A stretch of 52,779 nucleotides of DNA from Calcarisporiella thermophila CBS 279.70 (GCF_041956535.1 NW_027192195.1:1265809-1318587), one strand, 5' to 3'; positions 39,598 to 52,779 are shown, counted from the first letter of the stretch. Translations and numbers: made by a program. Notes: generated from the letters alone by a model not told the origin.

Positions 39598-42500
39598 CTG
39601 CTATATTGGTGCTTTCGTCCGAGTATATAAACTAATGGATCAAGCCAACGGGTCAACCAACTGGTATACATTAAGCGTGATACGGCAGCTACTCCACATA
39701 ATTTACCATAATACTGTTAACGTATTCAGTATCGCACCGCAAGCTTGAAATGAAACCTTCAAACCCTTGCGTCCTACACAGCGACTCTAATAACGCTGCA
39801 GAATCCTCTAGTAGTCGCACAGCTCCACCGCCCCCAGTGGCAATTGTTACTTCAACCTCTTCCATAGAGGGAGCTACCCCTCAAGCACTCGCTGATAGGA
39901 TTCAAAAACAGTCCGCGATAATGGAGCAGATGTTTCTCATGTTTGGCAGATTCTTGGAGAAATCACAGCCATCAAACCAGCCAGCTTCTCCAGGATTTAC
40001 CAGCCCAATTTCTGTCAACAGCGGTCAGAGTAATAGCATTTCCGAAATACATCGAACAACGCGACTCAAGCTGTAACCTCTGAGCCTATTGACTAGTCTC
40101 GGCGCCTCGAAACTTCCGATTTACCCGTTTTTAAAGGTATTGCATTGGAGGACTGGCATGTAGATCGAATGTGCAACGAAAATTAAAAGGTTCAATAAGA
40201 CCTCAGATTACGAATTCTTACTATAGTTGCCCAATATTTTGAAGCATGAAGCTCTAACACGACGGCTCACGCCACCTATCTCATTATGGGAAAAAGAATT
40301 GATATCATTTACCCTAGGTTAACCTAACCTTTGTTAGTTTTTTGTTGTTTGTTTTGTTATAGGAAAATACATTGTCCGATTTTAGGAAAAAAAAATATAT
40401 TGAGTCATTTTCGATTTCTTATTTACATATAAGCCCATTCACCTTACATGTATTTCATTGTTCCTTACCGATCATCTATTTTCATAAAAATCTTTGTCTA
40501 TCCTTCGATCTCTGCTACATCCAGTACGTAGTTTACTGATGAACTCTTGGAAAATTGTAACAGTGGAAATGACGTTCACTTCTAGTGTAGCTGGACCGAC
40601 TAGGATCATGGAAAGTAATCGTTTTCTTTTATATATATATCTATACATCCGCCTCCAACTTAATCTCCTTCATCGTTCCCGAATCACGGTCAAGCACCCA
40701 CTAGAGTAGAATGACCCGTCCTAAATCTCCAGGACTTACGCAGGGTGGCCAAGATCACCCAAACTCATAATCTTGATTTCAACTATGTGAAATTCATACT
40801 ACCGAGCCTCCTCGAGGGACGTGCTGAACAATGGTATGATGTAGACGGATATATGCAGCTTCCTCATTGTCAATCGTGAGAAGAAGTCCAAAACCTGTTC
40901 AAAGCACAATTCCGGAGCGCTTTTCCCGAGTGCTCTGCTCGAATAGAGCTTTCCCAACGAGTCTTCAAATCGGACGAGGATATTGAAGACTCATATTACC
41001 ATAAGCGTGAACTGATCGCCCGATGCTACGGTCAAAACGTCTACAACTGCACGCAAATAGGCGAGATATTAGCTGGTATTAACCAAAGACTTGCCAGACG
41101 CGTTGGAATTCAACTGATGCCTCTCCACGATCCAACGCCACCCGACTTGCTCAAAATCCTCAAAATGGCCGATGACGAACTTCCCCGAAAAATACGACAG
41201 GGATGTTTCCTTGAGAAAGAGCAACTAAAAATCTGCAGGAACAACAGACCTTGAGAGGTAACTAACGACAGCAAAAATGGTCGACCGGCTCCCTCGCGTT
41301 GCCCGAACTGTAAAAGGAACCATTGGAAGAGACAGTGTCCCGAAAACCAGGGCCACAATGATAAGAGAAACCACCAAGCTAAAAATTTTCAAGCCTGGGC
41401 AGCCGAAATCACAATGGTTTCCGCAATTTTCGTTCCGCGCCAGGCCAAACAACAAACACTCAGCCGCAAGATCATTCCGCTTTCGGCTACCTAACCCTAC
41501 TCCAGTGCTGGCATTGCAGGGATTTAGCTCCGTCGAAACTCCAGTTGGTTCAGCAAATCTCTGTTATCCTGTATGCAACGAACGGGGACAAACTACAATT
41601 CTGCCTGGACTTCCTCGTCGTAAAAAATGTCCCTCCGGGTATAATTATCGGCACGGATACAATGGCGCCTTATGCAGCAAAGGTGCTATATGAGCCTCCG
41701 ATCTTTCCTGTCAAATCCTGGACTAACATTCCGCCTTCGAAATGAGGAGAAGCAACATGCTCCGAATGTATTCAGGGCAGTAGTATCTCATTGCCAAGTC
41801 ATTCGCCCAGGATACCAAGCTCTAATTTCGGTGCGATTAACCTACCAGCAATCAGTCTTTGATACACTTCTAGAACCGGTGTGTCTGAGAGGGGGAGAAT
41901 TGCTGTACAAGCTGCGAGAACCATAGTTAAGGCCGGGAATAAACATGTACATATTCCGGTTACTAACGCCAGCAGTGCACCAATTACGCTTATGCCTGGA
42001 GAACTCGTTGCTTTGGCACATCCGTTTTCGTCCTCCACGTACGTCGTAGTTCCCGTTCAAAGGACAGAAAATACTGATACCACGGAAGAAGAATTTCATA
42101 GTCACTTCATCGAAGCCTTTTCTGCAGCCCATTTGAATCCCGAGCTGACCCTAGAACAACTAGAAGCAGTAAAGGAAAAGCTCTGGAAACACCATAAGGC
42201 TTTCTCGTTGGATGGTCGTCTTGGAAACACTAACCTCTTGCCGTTGGACATTAACACGGGGAACGCCAAACCAGTTTCTCTACCACCATATCGAGTGTCA
42301 CCACGAGAGCGTGAAGCGATTGAGAAGGAGGTCCAAGAACTTATGGCGCAAGGGATCGTCGAGGAGTCTAACTCTCCATGGGCTGCTCCGGTAATCCTTG
42401 TTCCCAAAACGGATGGTGGAATACGCTTCTGCATAGATTTCCGATGTTTGAATGCGGTTACGGTCGCAGATCGATACCCCTTACCGCGGATAGGCGATCT

Positions 42501-45500
42501 CCTCTCTCACCTTTCAGGCAAGTCATGGCTCACTTCCTTCGACGCTAACAAAGGATTCCACCAAATTCCTCTCTCCTCTGAAGACGATCATGCAAAAGCA
42601 GCATTTCGAACTTATCTGGGCCTACATTAATACTCGCGAATGCCGTTTGAGGCAAAATACAGGCCCTCAATTTTCCAACGACTAATGGATTGTCTCCTAG
42701 GAAAACAAAAGTGGGAGATGGAAGTTGTTTACAGCGGCGATCTTATCATTTCAAGCAAGATCTTTGAGGAATACCTCTCTCATTGCTTCACCATTCTCTC
42801 ACTCGTCATTAGCGGCGGCCTCACCTTCTCACTGAAGAAGTCTTATCTCTTCTTCCCGAAGCTGACAGTACTTTAGTATTCTGTTTCAGGACTCGGGATA
42901 GCAACCTTGGAAGTCAAAACGCGCGCAGTAGCTCAGTGGGTAAGGCCAAGTACCGGTAAAAAATTGCAACGATTCTTGGGCTTAGTAGTACACTACCGCA
43001 TATTCGTCAAAGTTTACACAATCATAACCAAGCCACTAACGAAGCCTTTAACCTAAGAAAAAGTACAATATTTCGATGGGGTGATGAACAGGAATCCGCG
43101 TTTAAATTGCTTAAGGAGAAGCTCTGCTCGGCACCGATCCTCACGCACCCAGATTTTTCTTGACCGTTTTGCATATACACCGATACAAGTACAATTGGAC
43201 TTGATATTATTTTCGCGTAAGAACAGGAGGATGCCGAGAGTGGGGAGTTAGTCGAAAGAGCTATCTGTTATCTTTCCCGCCAGCTCAAACCCGCCGAACA
43301 GAACTACTCAGCGACGGAATTGGAATGCTTAGCCGTAGTATGGTCCCTCACAAAGCTCCATGCTTTTCTTAATGGCTCCAAATTTCAACTCAGCCGATCA
43401 TATAGCTCTTCGATGGATCATGGATTACAGAGGACCAAAAGCCTGACTCCTACAGTGGTCTATTCACTACCGTCCAGATTGATCGAGCCAATGTTGATTC
43501 TCTCTCTCGGAAGCCATCACCAGAAGTGAATGCTGTTTCCGCTGTTGCAGTCTCAAACTTTAATCAACTAAGTACGCGCTAGCTACCGTCATGACGAGAA
43601 GTTTTCTGAGATAATCCTTATCCTCTCGATAAACACCAAAGACAAGGACGCCTGTGATAAATCCAAGCTTCATGCATTTTTCACTGAGGATGGCCTTTTA
43701 TTCCTATAGAGTTCAAGTGATGATCAGCTAAGCCAGTTGTGCATACCCAACCATGGGAATATCAGATTTTCACTACTTAAAGAAGTGCACGATACTCCGA
43801 TGTCCGCACACCCCGGTAGGATCAAGACGTTGGAACTACTTCAGAGTCGATTCTACTAGAATAAAATGTCGATCGACGTAAGGCGCTATGTATCCAGTTG
43901 CACTTCATGCCAGCGAAATAAACCCACCAACCAGAGGACCCCGGGGCTCCTCTCCTCGCTACCTATACCAACGCAGAGATGGCAAGAAGTCTCAATGGAT
44001 TTCATTACAAAACTGCCGCAGACACCTGGTGGTCACGATGCAATATGGGTAGTAGTAGATCGGTTGACCAAACGCGCGCACTTCTTCGCAATCAACGGAA
44101 CCATCTCAGCATCCCAACTCGCTCAACTCTATTTGTGCAAGTTATTTCCGCTGCACGGGATACCCAAGTGCATCGTGTCAAATAGAGATTCAAAATTCAC
44201 GTCTGCATTCTGGAAAGAACTATTTTCTACCCTAGGAACACAGCTATCGCTAAGTACCGCTCATCACCCACAAACCGATGGACAGTCGGAAAGAGTCAAC
44301 TGTTCGTTAATCGAAATGCTCCGACATTTTCTAAGTTCACGACATGACGCTTGAGTTCAATACCTGCCATTATTGAGTTTGCATAATTACTCGGTACACT
44401 CAACGACTGGAATATCGCCTTATTTTTTGGGCTTAGAATACCTGTAAGGAAATGAACTTAGCCAAGTTCAATGTCTTTAGCACCTTTGCTTAGCAAGACC
44501 TTTGTCTCATCAAAGACCAAGCAACACCCATCCGCCAAGAGCAATACAAGCACTTATCCATGAAAACCCACTTTAGCTTAGTTATACTTTTGTCCTTTTT
44601 ACATTATTTAAGGCACACGATCATTTGTCAGAATTATTTTAGGAATCACTCAATGTCACTTTTCCCTTTGTTTTCTTTAGTCAATTTCCCCTTTTGTCTT
44701 TAGAATAAACCTTTTTTTATTTTTCTTTCCAAATTCAACTGTCCTTCCTTATAATATCACCCATACATATCCTCAGCACTTTTCAGATCACACGACGAAC
44801 CATTACGAGTATAGTCCGTTGAAGATTTTCTCCAACAGTCAACGCTATTGCGCACGGCCCAAGACGCTATAATTGAAGCCCAAACACGCCAAGCCGATTT
44901 TTATGATTGCTCCCATCGTCCGGTAGAGTTCAGGGTTGGAGGTTTTTAATGCTGGTTACGGAGAACCTTCAACTACCTGTGGACGTTGACAAGACTACTA
45001 GAAACTTTCTACCGCGCTACATTGATCCTTTTCAATCACCCGGAAGATCAGCTCTTCCGCCTATACTCTCGATTTACCTTATACATTTCGCATGCATCCG
45101 ACGGTAAATATTTTCAAGTTGAAGCCCTTCATTGACACCCGAATGAATTTAGTGCACGTGAGTCATACCCTCCTCCGCCCATGTTTCGCCATAACACCGG
45201 ATTTCTGGAATACGAGGTTGAAGACATTATCCGGACACGCGGGGTGAGGAAAAGAAAAGGTATACATAGTCAAGAGGCGAGGATAGCCCGACGAAGATAA
45301 TACCTGGAAGCCCGTGGAAGATCTTCGTAATGCTCGAGACCTCGTTCGATGATTCGAAGCCACAAGGTCATTTCAATCTTCCCGACGTCTAGTTTCTAAG
45401 GAGATGATATAGCAGGACGACATACACAATAGTTGATAATACCATAGAATGATCTTCAAGTGCAGGATAACCTCTAACGCGCACAATATTTTGAGTAGAA

Positions 45501-45630
45501 TATGTAGAATAGTATGAGAAGGTTTATTATCTTTGTAAAGAATGTCTTATTCTATATTCTAATTTTAACTTTTGATTCCTCGTCTGTGTTTTCTATATTA
45601 ATTTTAGCTTGCCCAATTTCGAGACATTTA
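39598..45630 (+). mobile_element. Decayed Ty3/gypsy chromovirus LTR retrotransposon
   Basis: PBS-like TGGTGCTTTCG at 39607 and a gag zinc knuckle CPNCKRNHWKRQC at about 41300. RT (PYRVSP, SPWAAPVILVPK, RFCIDFR, YPLPRI), RNase H (YSATELECLAVVW), integrase (H..AHPG, CTSC, SMDFIT, VVDRLTK, HPQTDGQSE) and chromodomain (YEVEDII...NTWKP). PPT-like tract at 45398-45407; many stops and frameshifts. Confidence 0.93.
44443..44753. mobile_element. Solo LTR nested in the Ty3 integrase
   Basis: TGTAAGGA...TCCTTATA termini (one C>T from a perfect inverted repeat), TSD ATACC/ATATC; removing it restores integrase-like GLEY-HP. Confidence 0.7.
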
Positions 45631-46159
45631 AGTCGAAGCGATTTTCATTGAAATGGAGCCAATAAATCAGATCATTATTTTAGTGTGGTAGCAGATATCT
45701 GCAAGTATTCTATAATAAACACTTGATCAAAAGAAACCCAAAAGAGTAATTCAAATCAGTATAATTAACAAAAACAGTGTGAAATTTTCACTTTCTATAT
45801 GCCGGAGTACGAACATTATTATAACGATTTTTAACTTACTAATTTCTAATAAAATTCTCCATACAAACTTCTCCTAGGGTTAACTTTTTATTCTTGATTG
45901 GATTTTATAATCTGATTTTCATTCTTCTACAGCCGCGTCCGAAATTGGAGGAATACCCAAGCCACATCTCCTTGGACGCCAAGTATTTCATCATCTCATA
46001 AAATTAGGGAGGGAAAGTTATTATAAAAAACTGCAAAGCCTACACTTTTTTTGGGATATAGTTGGCGCTCTGGGAAGTTAAAATTATAGAATTAGCATTT
46101 CTACATAATTCAATACCTTGTATTTTGTATGCAATTTCTTTAGAATCGAATATTTTTTG

Positions 46160-46269
46160 TATATAGGATGTGATCTATCTCTCATGATTCTTTGGTAAGT
46201 TTGATTTGTGTTATCCCTTCTGCCTGTCTTCTTTCCTTTTTATTAATATGTTCTTATTAAAATCTAACA
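46160..46269 (+). repeat. LTR 3' fragment related to the solo LTR at 17570-17814
   Basis: Shared blocks TATATAGGATGTG, ATTTGTGTTATCCCTTCT, CTGTCTTCTTTCCTTTT and TATTAATAT...CTAACA. Confidence 0.7.
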
Positions 46270-47014
46270 GAAAGTAATTTGCGACTTGCGGACTCCTATA
46301 GTTTACTATAATAATAATAGAAAAAAATAAAGAGAAAAATCGGAGTGAGGATCAGAAAACAAATACAGTAGCTGAACTATTTAAAAAATAACAATAAAAA
46401 CAATAAACAAAATTTATCATTTACAAACAAACAAGTAATAATTAGATGCATGTAAAAATTAAGTTCAAATTAAAATCCTGACAGGAGGTGAGTTGTAACG
46501 AAACGAGAGTTGATCAGGGTTTTCCTGGAAGGTTCGTTCGTTATAATTTCTACAACATTCTATCAATTTATAACAAGTATAAATACGCCGTTTATTCGTA
46601 TTCTTGATATATAACCTTAGTTTTTCTTGACTTTTTCTTGATTTTTCTTGATCCAGAACCAGTCTTGATTCTTTAATACTTTAGTTTTTTTGAATTCCTG
46701 ACTTTTAAATCTTGAATCCTGATCTAGAAACTTGAACCAGAACTGTTAAAATCTTGAAACATGGACTGATGATATATTTTGCAGTCTTCCTTTATTCTAT
46801 ACGTACTTAGTAGTCTATGCTACATATATATTTGCCTAATTTTTATACCAGCTCAGTTAGAATTTTAATTTATATTTTTATTTCAAATCTAATCTATGCT
46901 ATGTGATTCTATAGAGTTGAACCGATAATGCTCTAGCAGAGGCACGAGAGGATTTCACTGACATTCCAGTTGATCTCCGATCAGATTTCCCGTTGTTTGA
47001 ACGTATATTTGCTT

Positions 47015-47356
47015 TCATTTGTGATTGTCAAAGGCGATGTCTCGATCAATCGGATCTGCACTACCTCCACCGCCAATATTTTTTGACGAACCTCTCGGAT
47101 TGCTACTCTGGCTTTTTGTTCTGGGGGGGTTACCAAAACAATGGCTAGATACGTTAATGCCTACTCCACCACATGGATTTTTTTTAAGTTGACGTTTTTC
47201 TAGATTGTTTTCACTAAATGCTGGCCTAGAAGCAAAACTTGAATCGTCACCCAAACTAGCGTTATCGACCACTCCATTGATGGGAGAAGCAGGCGCGGCT
47301 TGAGCAAGAGTTCCAAGGAGAGTTGCAATCAGGAGAGAAACGGCAATAAACTTCAT
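47015..47356 (-). CDS. Small secreted prepro-peptide (113 aa) with a Kex2 site
   Basis: Signal MKFIAVSLLIATLLGTLAQA, AP-rich propeptide ending LEKR, then QLKKNPCGGVGINVSSHCFGNPP...; A-rich context before the ATG. Confidence 0.75.
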   Translation of the reverse strand: MKFIAVSLLIATLLGTLAQAAPASPINGVVDNASLGDDSSFASRPAFSENNLEKRQLKKNPCGGVGINVSSHCFGNPPRTKSQSSNPRGSSKNIGGGGSADPIDRDIAFDNHK

Positions 47357-48599
47357 TTTGTGTGCTGTAGGATAAATTATGTTTGAGGAGGAATTGCCAG
47401 CGCTCCTATTTATGTTTTTTGGCCGAGTTTCTTTCTTTTACATTGACATCACATGAGTATGGTATCGATTAGTTTCCAGAAATGACATGTATAAACCATA
47501 CCCGAAAAATCGTCATACAGAAAGTGTTAGATAATTATTAACGCGGGTTTTCTTTGCTCTGACCCCGTGCACAGATTCGTCTCGGAACCACAAACACAAG
47601 CATAGAATAACCACATAATACTTTAACATCATTTTAGAATATTCCTTTGACTCCAACTTACATCCGAGTTAATGGATATTTGTATGAAATTGTGTCTGAA
47701 ACGATCCCGTCCAAACCCGGGGTCTGGGTGGGATTGTTTCAGAAGCTAAAAAAAACACAAAATCTATTGGTCTCGGATCTCAGTAAGAGTATATTTGAAG
47801 ACATTTTATTCATTAACGTAAAATGTCAAACCCAACCAATCCGTTATCACCGTGCCTCTACGAGAATAAGCTCGGACCTCAGCTCAAAGCAATTAGCGGT
47901 ATTACAAATTGAATTGAATTTACTATCGGTGACAACTCTTCTAGAATTCTCAGCAAAGCATCTAAGCTCTTCCAGAAAAGATAAGATAATGCCACTGCGC
48001 ATGGAAATGTTTATTCCCCCTCTTTTCTTTTTGTATCCATACTGTTTTAAAACTACATCTTCGAAATAATAGAATAAATATAATAAACACAAGTCGGATT
48101 CGAAGGATATTAACGTTTATTATACTAAAATTTCGTAAAAAAACATAAAATCGGTTCGTAACCAAAAATTATACATTGGGCAAATTACATTACAAGGGTT
48201 ACGCAAGTAGTAACCAGGGTCAATAGTCAAAATTATACATTTAAACTATCGAATTATTAAGGGTGCATGATACCCGATATGTACATATTGGAAAAAGGCC
48301 TATGGAGGCCGTGTTTTTGCGGGCGACGGGGGATCTGTAGCGGGACGAACCATTCAAGTTATGCCTAAACTTTCCTCAACTGATTCGTTCGATAGTAATA
48401 TTTGAACTTATCTTTTTATCTTATTATTTTTATTTTTATTCTTATTAATTTTGCATAGACAATTTATCTCCTGATCGTAGTAATTTATCGCCTAATTATT
48501 ATATCATCTGATTATTTCTTCGATTATTTGACTCCTTTGTTTTGTTTATGGTTCCTCATCAAATTGCTATATTATTATTAAGTCTACCAAAAAGGACCG

Positions 48600-49225
48600 C
48601 TACAACGTAGGATTCTCTAATAACTTGTTAAGATGATTTAAAGAAGAAGCTCGTTTGTCGATATCTGGATGAAAAGTTGCAGCGAGACACGCAGATAATC
48701 CACCTAATGAAGCTACCCAAAAGGCTCGTACAAACTCAATCGGCTCCTCCAAAGCCAGAACAATCAATCTGGCGACAGGGCAAAAAACGCATCCCCTGAA
48801 GATCAAATCGTAGTATTCGACCGCTTGGCGCATATCAGAGAAGAACTGCAAACCAAAGGTCTCTCCGTAAAAGCCCAAGAGATAATACTGCGCAACCAAA
48901 GAAATTCAGGGAAACAATGGAGTTATTCTTCAGCCCAGAAAAACTGGATAACATGGTGCGCAGCCAACAGTGTCCCGCCGTTTCCAACGTCTGCAACAGC
49001 AATTGCAAAATTTCTGGCAGAGCAACATGCACATGGGAAATCTGCCAGGTCATGCCGACTATATCGCTCGGCAATAGGCGAACTTCAATCGGAAAATTCG
49101 TCTCACTTAGATCCAATAGTGTCCACCATTCTCAGGTCGCTTGATAGAGTGGCACTACCAATTAATCTGTCGGAAAATCCTCTGGATATCTCCCCGATCA
49201 TTGCACACTTTAAAGAAACAGCTAA
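48600..49225 (+). mobile_element. DIRS-type tyrosine recombinase N-terminal (SAM-like) fragment
   Basis: LQTKGLSVKAQEII...YSSAQKNWITWC...IAKFLAE...YRSAI...DPIVSTIL...LDISPII matches the domain at about 20490-20800; truncated. Confidence 0.65.
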
Positions 49226-49316
49226 CGCTGCGCTTTTCGGATATAGCGCGTTGGTATCAGAATCAATATTTTTCCGCGCGCTCACCCTATGTGTTTGTGT
49301 ACATATCAAGCCTCAA

Positions 49317-49610
49317 TCAACACTGTGCACCAGCATCGCAGATTTTCACCACATCGTCGGGCTTGAGCTGTGAGCATCTATAGCAGCCTTGCACTGAGTT
49401 GTCATTCAAACACTGAGTGCATAGTTTGCAAGCATCTTTTGTTATGGCACAGATTTTCCTCCTATCGTATGCTTTTTCGAAAGGCCGTAACATCTCACTT
49501 ATCATCGAACCAAAAAAAGATGGGGCTATTAACAACAAGTCCAAAACGGGATCTAATTGAGGTGCTGCCATTGGCAGCACCAGTAATAACAGAAAGAGGC
49601 TTGCTTTCAT
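49317..49610 (-). CDS. Candidate small secreted cysteine-rich protein (97 aa, 8 Cys)
   Basis: Hydrophobic N-terminus MKASLFLLLLVLPMA and Cys clustered in the C-terminal half (C..C..C, C..C); no family recognised. Confidence 0.45.
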   Translation of the reverse strand: MKASLFLLLLVLPMAAPQLDPVLDLLLIAPSFFGSMISEMLRPFEKAYDRRKICAITKDACKLCTQCLNDNSVQGCYRCSQLKPDDVVKICDAGAQC

Positions 49611-50512
49611 AAAAAGAATGGCTTCTGACTTGATATGTACGCTTATTTTCCTTTTTTCTCCGATTGCTCTTTTATATCATTTTTAATACATAATAGTTCT
49701 CCGAAACAAAGTATTAATAACATTTGCCCTATCCCATATATGCATTTTAAATCCTGGCTGGCCCAAGTTCGATCTTTGCAGGGTATAAAAAATCTAGGCA
49801 GGGGATGTAAACGATATTGTTTTCTTTAAACATTACTAAAGCTGTCTTTCGTTGAGATTTCTTTTTCGTTGCCCATGTGACATCATAAAATATCAAAAAG
49901 CCGCAAGTTCAACCAACTTTGCCCAAAATAGCGGATTTTCTGGCGGAATCGTTGATTTTCATATGCAACCATTTCTATTTAAATCCAAAAAAATCCTTAC
50001 TGAAATAACTTCTCTAATTTGCCCAAATCGAATCAAATATTTGAGTCAGAAAATCCTATCCTAACTATATTCTGAGTGGAATGGGCCCACCAATCCTATG
50101 ACACGGTGTGATTGTGACACGGAGATTTTCAAGTAAATCGGCAGTCACCAGCACGTGGTTGAATAGGGGCCCAAACTGGCCTCGGAATTTGTTCGAGCGA
50201 ATGTATATTTTAACTTTGAATTGCTATCCATTTTTCAAATAGAGGTGTAATGAAGGGCGTCACGCAGTATTTACCACTTTACTCCTGCTTTATCCGTTGC
50301 ACTAAATGCAATCACAGAATTGCCATTTTTGGAAGAAATTATGAACGCCTAAAGTTATTCACCTAAACGAACAATTTTCGCGCTCGCTCGATGAATTGAA
50401 TAATTTTTTTAATCTTCGTGATAGAAACCAAGATAATATCAAAATAATTATAAAAATAAATACTTCACATTCTATTGCTCTTCTTACTGCCAACACTTTA
50501 TTGCCACGCTCA

Positions 50513-51062
50513 ATGAAGCAACTCTCAGGAGGCGTCATAACTAGGATCGCCTCCTTAAGTAAAGATGGATTATCCACCAGAAGGATCTCGCGTACATTTG
50601 GGATAAGCTGCAGTTCCGTGAATAAATATCAAAGGTTGTACGCACCTCAAGCGCCCAAGCCAACTGTAGGTCGACCACGCATTCTTTCTAGACAGGAAAA
50701 GGTTCTTGTTCGTAACTTCAAAGCCGGCCTGTATGAGAACATTCCTGACGCTAAGGAAAAACTCAAAAAGGATTACGATGTCGATATATCCCTGACAGGA
50801 ATAAGAGATGCACTGAAGCGAAGAAGTAAGTTCAAGAGTGTGCGGAAAAAGACCTCTGTTAAAATCTAAACACAAAAATGACCGCCTAGCTTTTGCGTGC
50901 AAACGTAGAAGCTGGACACTGGAGGACTGGAAGCGTGTCATTTGGTCAGATGAGAGTAAATTTAAGGTGGCCAGTACGGGAAGAAAAAGATATTATTGGA
51001 AGGCTCCTGGAGATCCTTCTCGAGATCATCACTATAAGAAAGTCGCTAAATATGCCCAGTAA
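50513..51062 (+). mobile_element. Truncated Tc1/mariner transposase
   Basis: HTH with GRPRILS, a frameshift near KKRPLL, RLAFA...WTLEDWKRVIWSDESKF (first catalytic Asp); ends before the DD34E core. Confidence 0.88.
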
Positions 51063-51219
51063 GAAGAAACATGGGTAAACTCCGTCGAAAAATTCAGGAA
51101 TTGTTAGTAAAAATTTCGGGTAACCTATTGGTTCGTGATAATTAATAATCTTCATGTATCAGCTCTATTGAACGTAATTTCAATTTATTATAGCTCCTAT
51201 CTTATATTCACACTGGACT

Positions 51220-52590
51220 GGCGAGTTCCCATTCACTGGGTCGGTTGAAACTAATACCGACCACATTCTCTCTACTTCATCGTGAGAACAAATTGGTGCT
51301 GCAATGAACGAATGCCAAATAAATATTCCATCTGATTTTGGAAGTCCACCTCACAATATCTACAAATTTAATAAAGGATTCAGAGTGGAAGAGTGGAAGA
51401 ACTGGATAACCTTGTATTCACTTGTTTTCCTTAAATAATATATGCCTTCGAGGTAACGATTTCGCCTGTTTTTTAAGCCAATTTCACGGTATCTCGAGTG
51501 ATTTTGTTTAATGCTATGTTTTCTAAACGAAGGGTCTTAAGAGGTTGGCATAAATTTGTCTCAGCGGTTCGCCACTGCCTTGCTTGGTCATTAACTAGAG
51601 CAAAGATCAAAGCGGTTAAAGAAAGACTATATTTGTTTTATCAACATTATACAGAGTAATATTTGATGTTTTATTGAAAATGAGATATTATGTTAACAAG
51701 GCCATCTCTTTGTTGTTGCTGTATCTAGAGAATATTCTGGAGGGAGCGTTGACCACTTGTCTGCGCATAGAATCGTCTTTCATTATTTGCTTCACGTTTC
51801 CGATTCTATTTTACACCATGGCCCTCCGTGGGCATATTGGCAGTTTCCAATGGAGAGATATTGTGGTATAATTGAGGGATATGTCAGGTACTAACATCGC
51901 TAGCTATTGATATGCCTCTTTGATTATTTTTAGTTTTATGTTTTTAAGATACATCCTTTAACTTTCTGCTATTTTTCTTTACATTAGATCAAGAACTCAT
52001 CCTTACGCCTCGCACACAAAACAATTAAAAATTCGCGAGCAACTGAATCATTGTCAATATATACATCCGTTCCCATCTCGCGATCCTATCACTAAAAAAA
52101 CCTATGCACCTTGGGTGGAAAAAAACATAATAGCATTGGAAGACCGTCCAGAGGAATTGTACTGGCCTAAAGGGCGGTATGAATTAAACACCTTAGAATA
52201 TCGGTGTCTCAAACAACACTATGCATTTATTTTAGACAACATAACGCACTACTCTGAATTACAGGTAATCAGCAGTTTAACTTGATCACAATATGAAATA
52301 TAGTGAAATGCACTTTGCCTGAGAATAGGATGTCTCAAGGACTGGCCATCTCCGAACTCAGGATGGCCATACACTTGGCTCGAGAAAATGCCGAAAAGAA
52401 TGCGAAGATTTTAAGCGCATAGCTTATACAGTTGCAGTAGGTTTATCTTCTTGGTAGAAAACAAAAATAGTGGAAAACATATCTTTGCACTTCATTTTAT
52501 AGGCAATAATGGTGGTGGATATCAATGAGAACGACCCCGATATGCCGGATGTTTTCGAGGAAAAAGAGTTATATTGTGAAGTCGAAGTAA
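51220..52590 (+). mobile_element. CACTA/EnSpm-like transposase remnant with introns
   Basis: IPSDFGSPPHNI, GFRVEEWKNWITLYS, GWHKFVSAV, FHYLLHVSDSILHHGPPWAYWQFPMERYCG; in-frame stop and GT-AG interruptions. Confidence 0.7.
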
Positions 52591-52779
52591 GTGAATCAGC
52601 ATACTCATAAAACAGTGAAGTCTTTGTTGGAATTTCAATCAGAGTATATTTTCCTCTAGTTCAAAGAAAGACAAATAGCTAAACTATTTAAGAATAACAA
52701 GAAATCATAAACAGGTAATATAGTTTATACACAAACAAGTAAAAATCAAGTTTAATTAAAATACCGACAATTTCAGAAT

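Noticed and set aside
46621-46760. Degenerate TTTTTCTTGA short repeats as a CRISPR-like or functional array
   Set aside because: Only about 3 near-tandem copies plus eroded TCTTGA units, no unique spacers, and a eukaryotic context.
47647-48165. 140-aa and overlapping ORFs
   Set aside because: Non-ATG start, low complexity and no family signal; likely spurious.

Overview
AT-rich eukaryotic DNA with short (about 60-95 nt) GT-AG introns. It is most likely from an early-diverging fungus (inferred from EBP- and DHCR7-type sterol genes, a Rhizomucor-type lipase and DIRS elements). The centre of the window (26.3-38.6 kb) holds a compact cluster of five intact genes: EBP sterol isomerase(-), ERG24 C14-reductase(+), a class-III PLP aminotransferase(-), CYP51(+) and DHCR7(-). 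The first four form two head-to-head pairs, and the cluster sits between blocks of decayed transposons. The aminotransferase is ARG8-like but lacks a mitochondrial presequence and has lost the carboxylate-binding Arg/Glu residues. Each sterol enzyme also carries substitutions in normally conserved motifs. The best-supported novel reading is a sterol-modifying (aminosterol/azasterol, steroidal-alkaloid-like) biosynthetic gene cluster built from duplicated sterol-pathway genes. The left part holds a GMC oxidoreductase pseudogene, an intronless imine-reductase-like gene, a class-3 lipase, two small Cys-rich secreted proteins, a Nu/Ure2-class GST, a hidden 3-exon thioredoxin-fold gene without CxxC, and a lysine 2,3-aminomutase pseudogene. 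The rest is mostly TE debris (DIRS with ITR/ICR, chromoviral Ty3/gypsy, solo LTRs, LINE, Tc1/mariner, CACTA) plus two more small secreted-protein genes. All exon models and motif comparisons were done by eye, with family consensus motifs recalled from memory.
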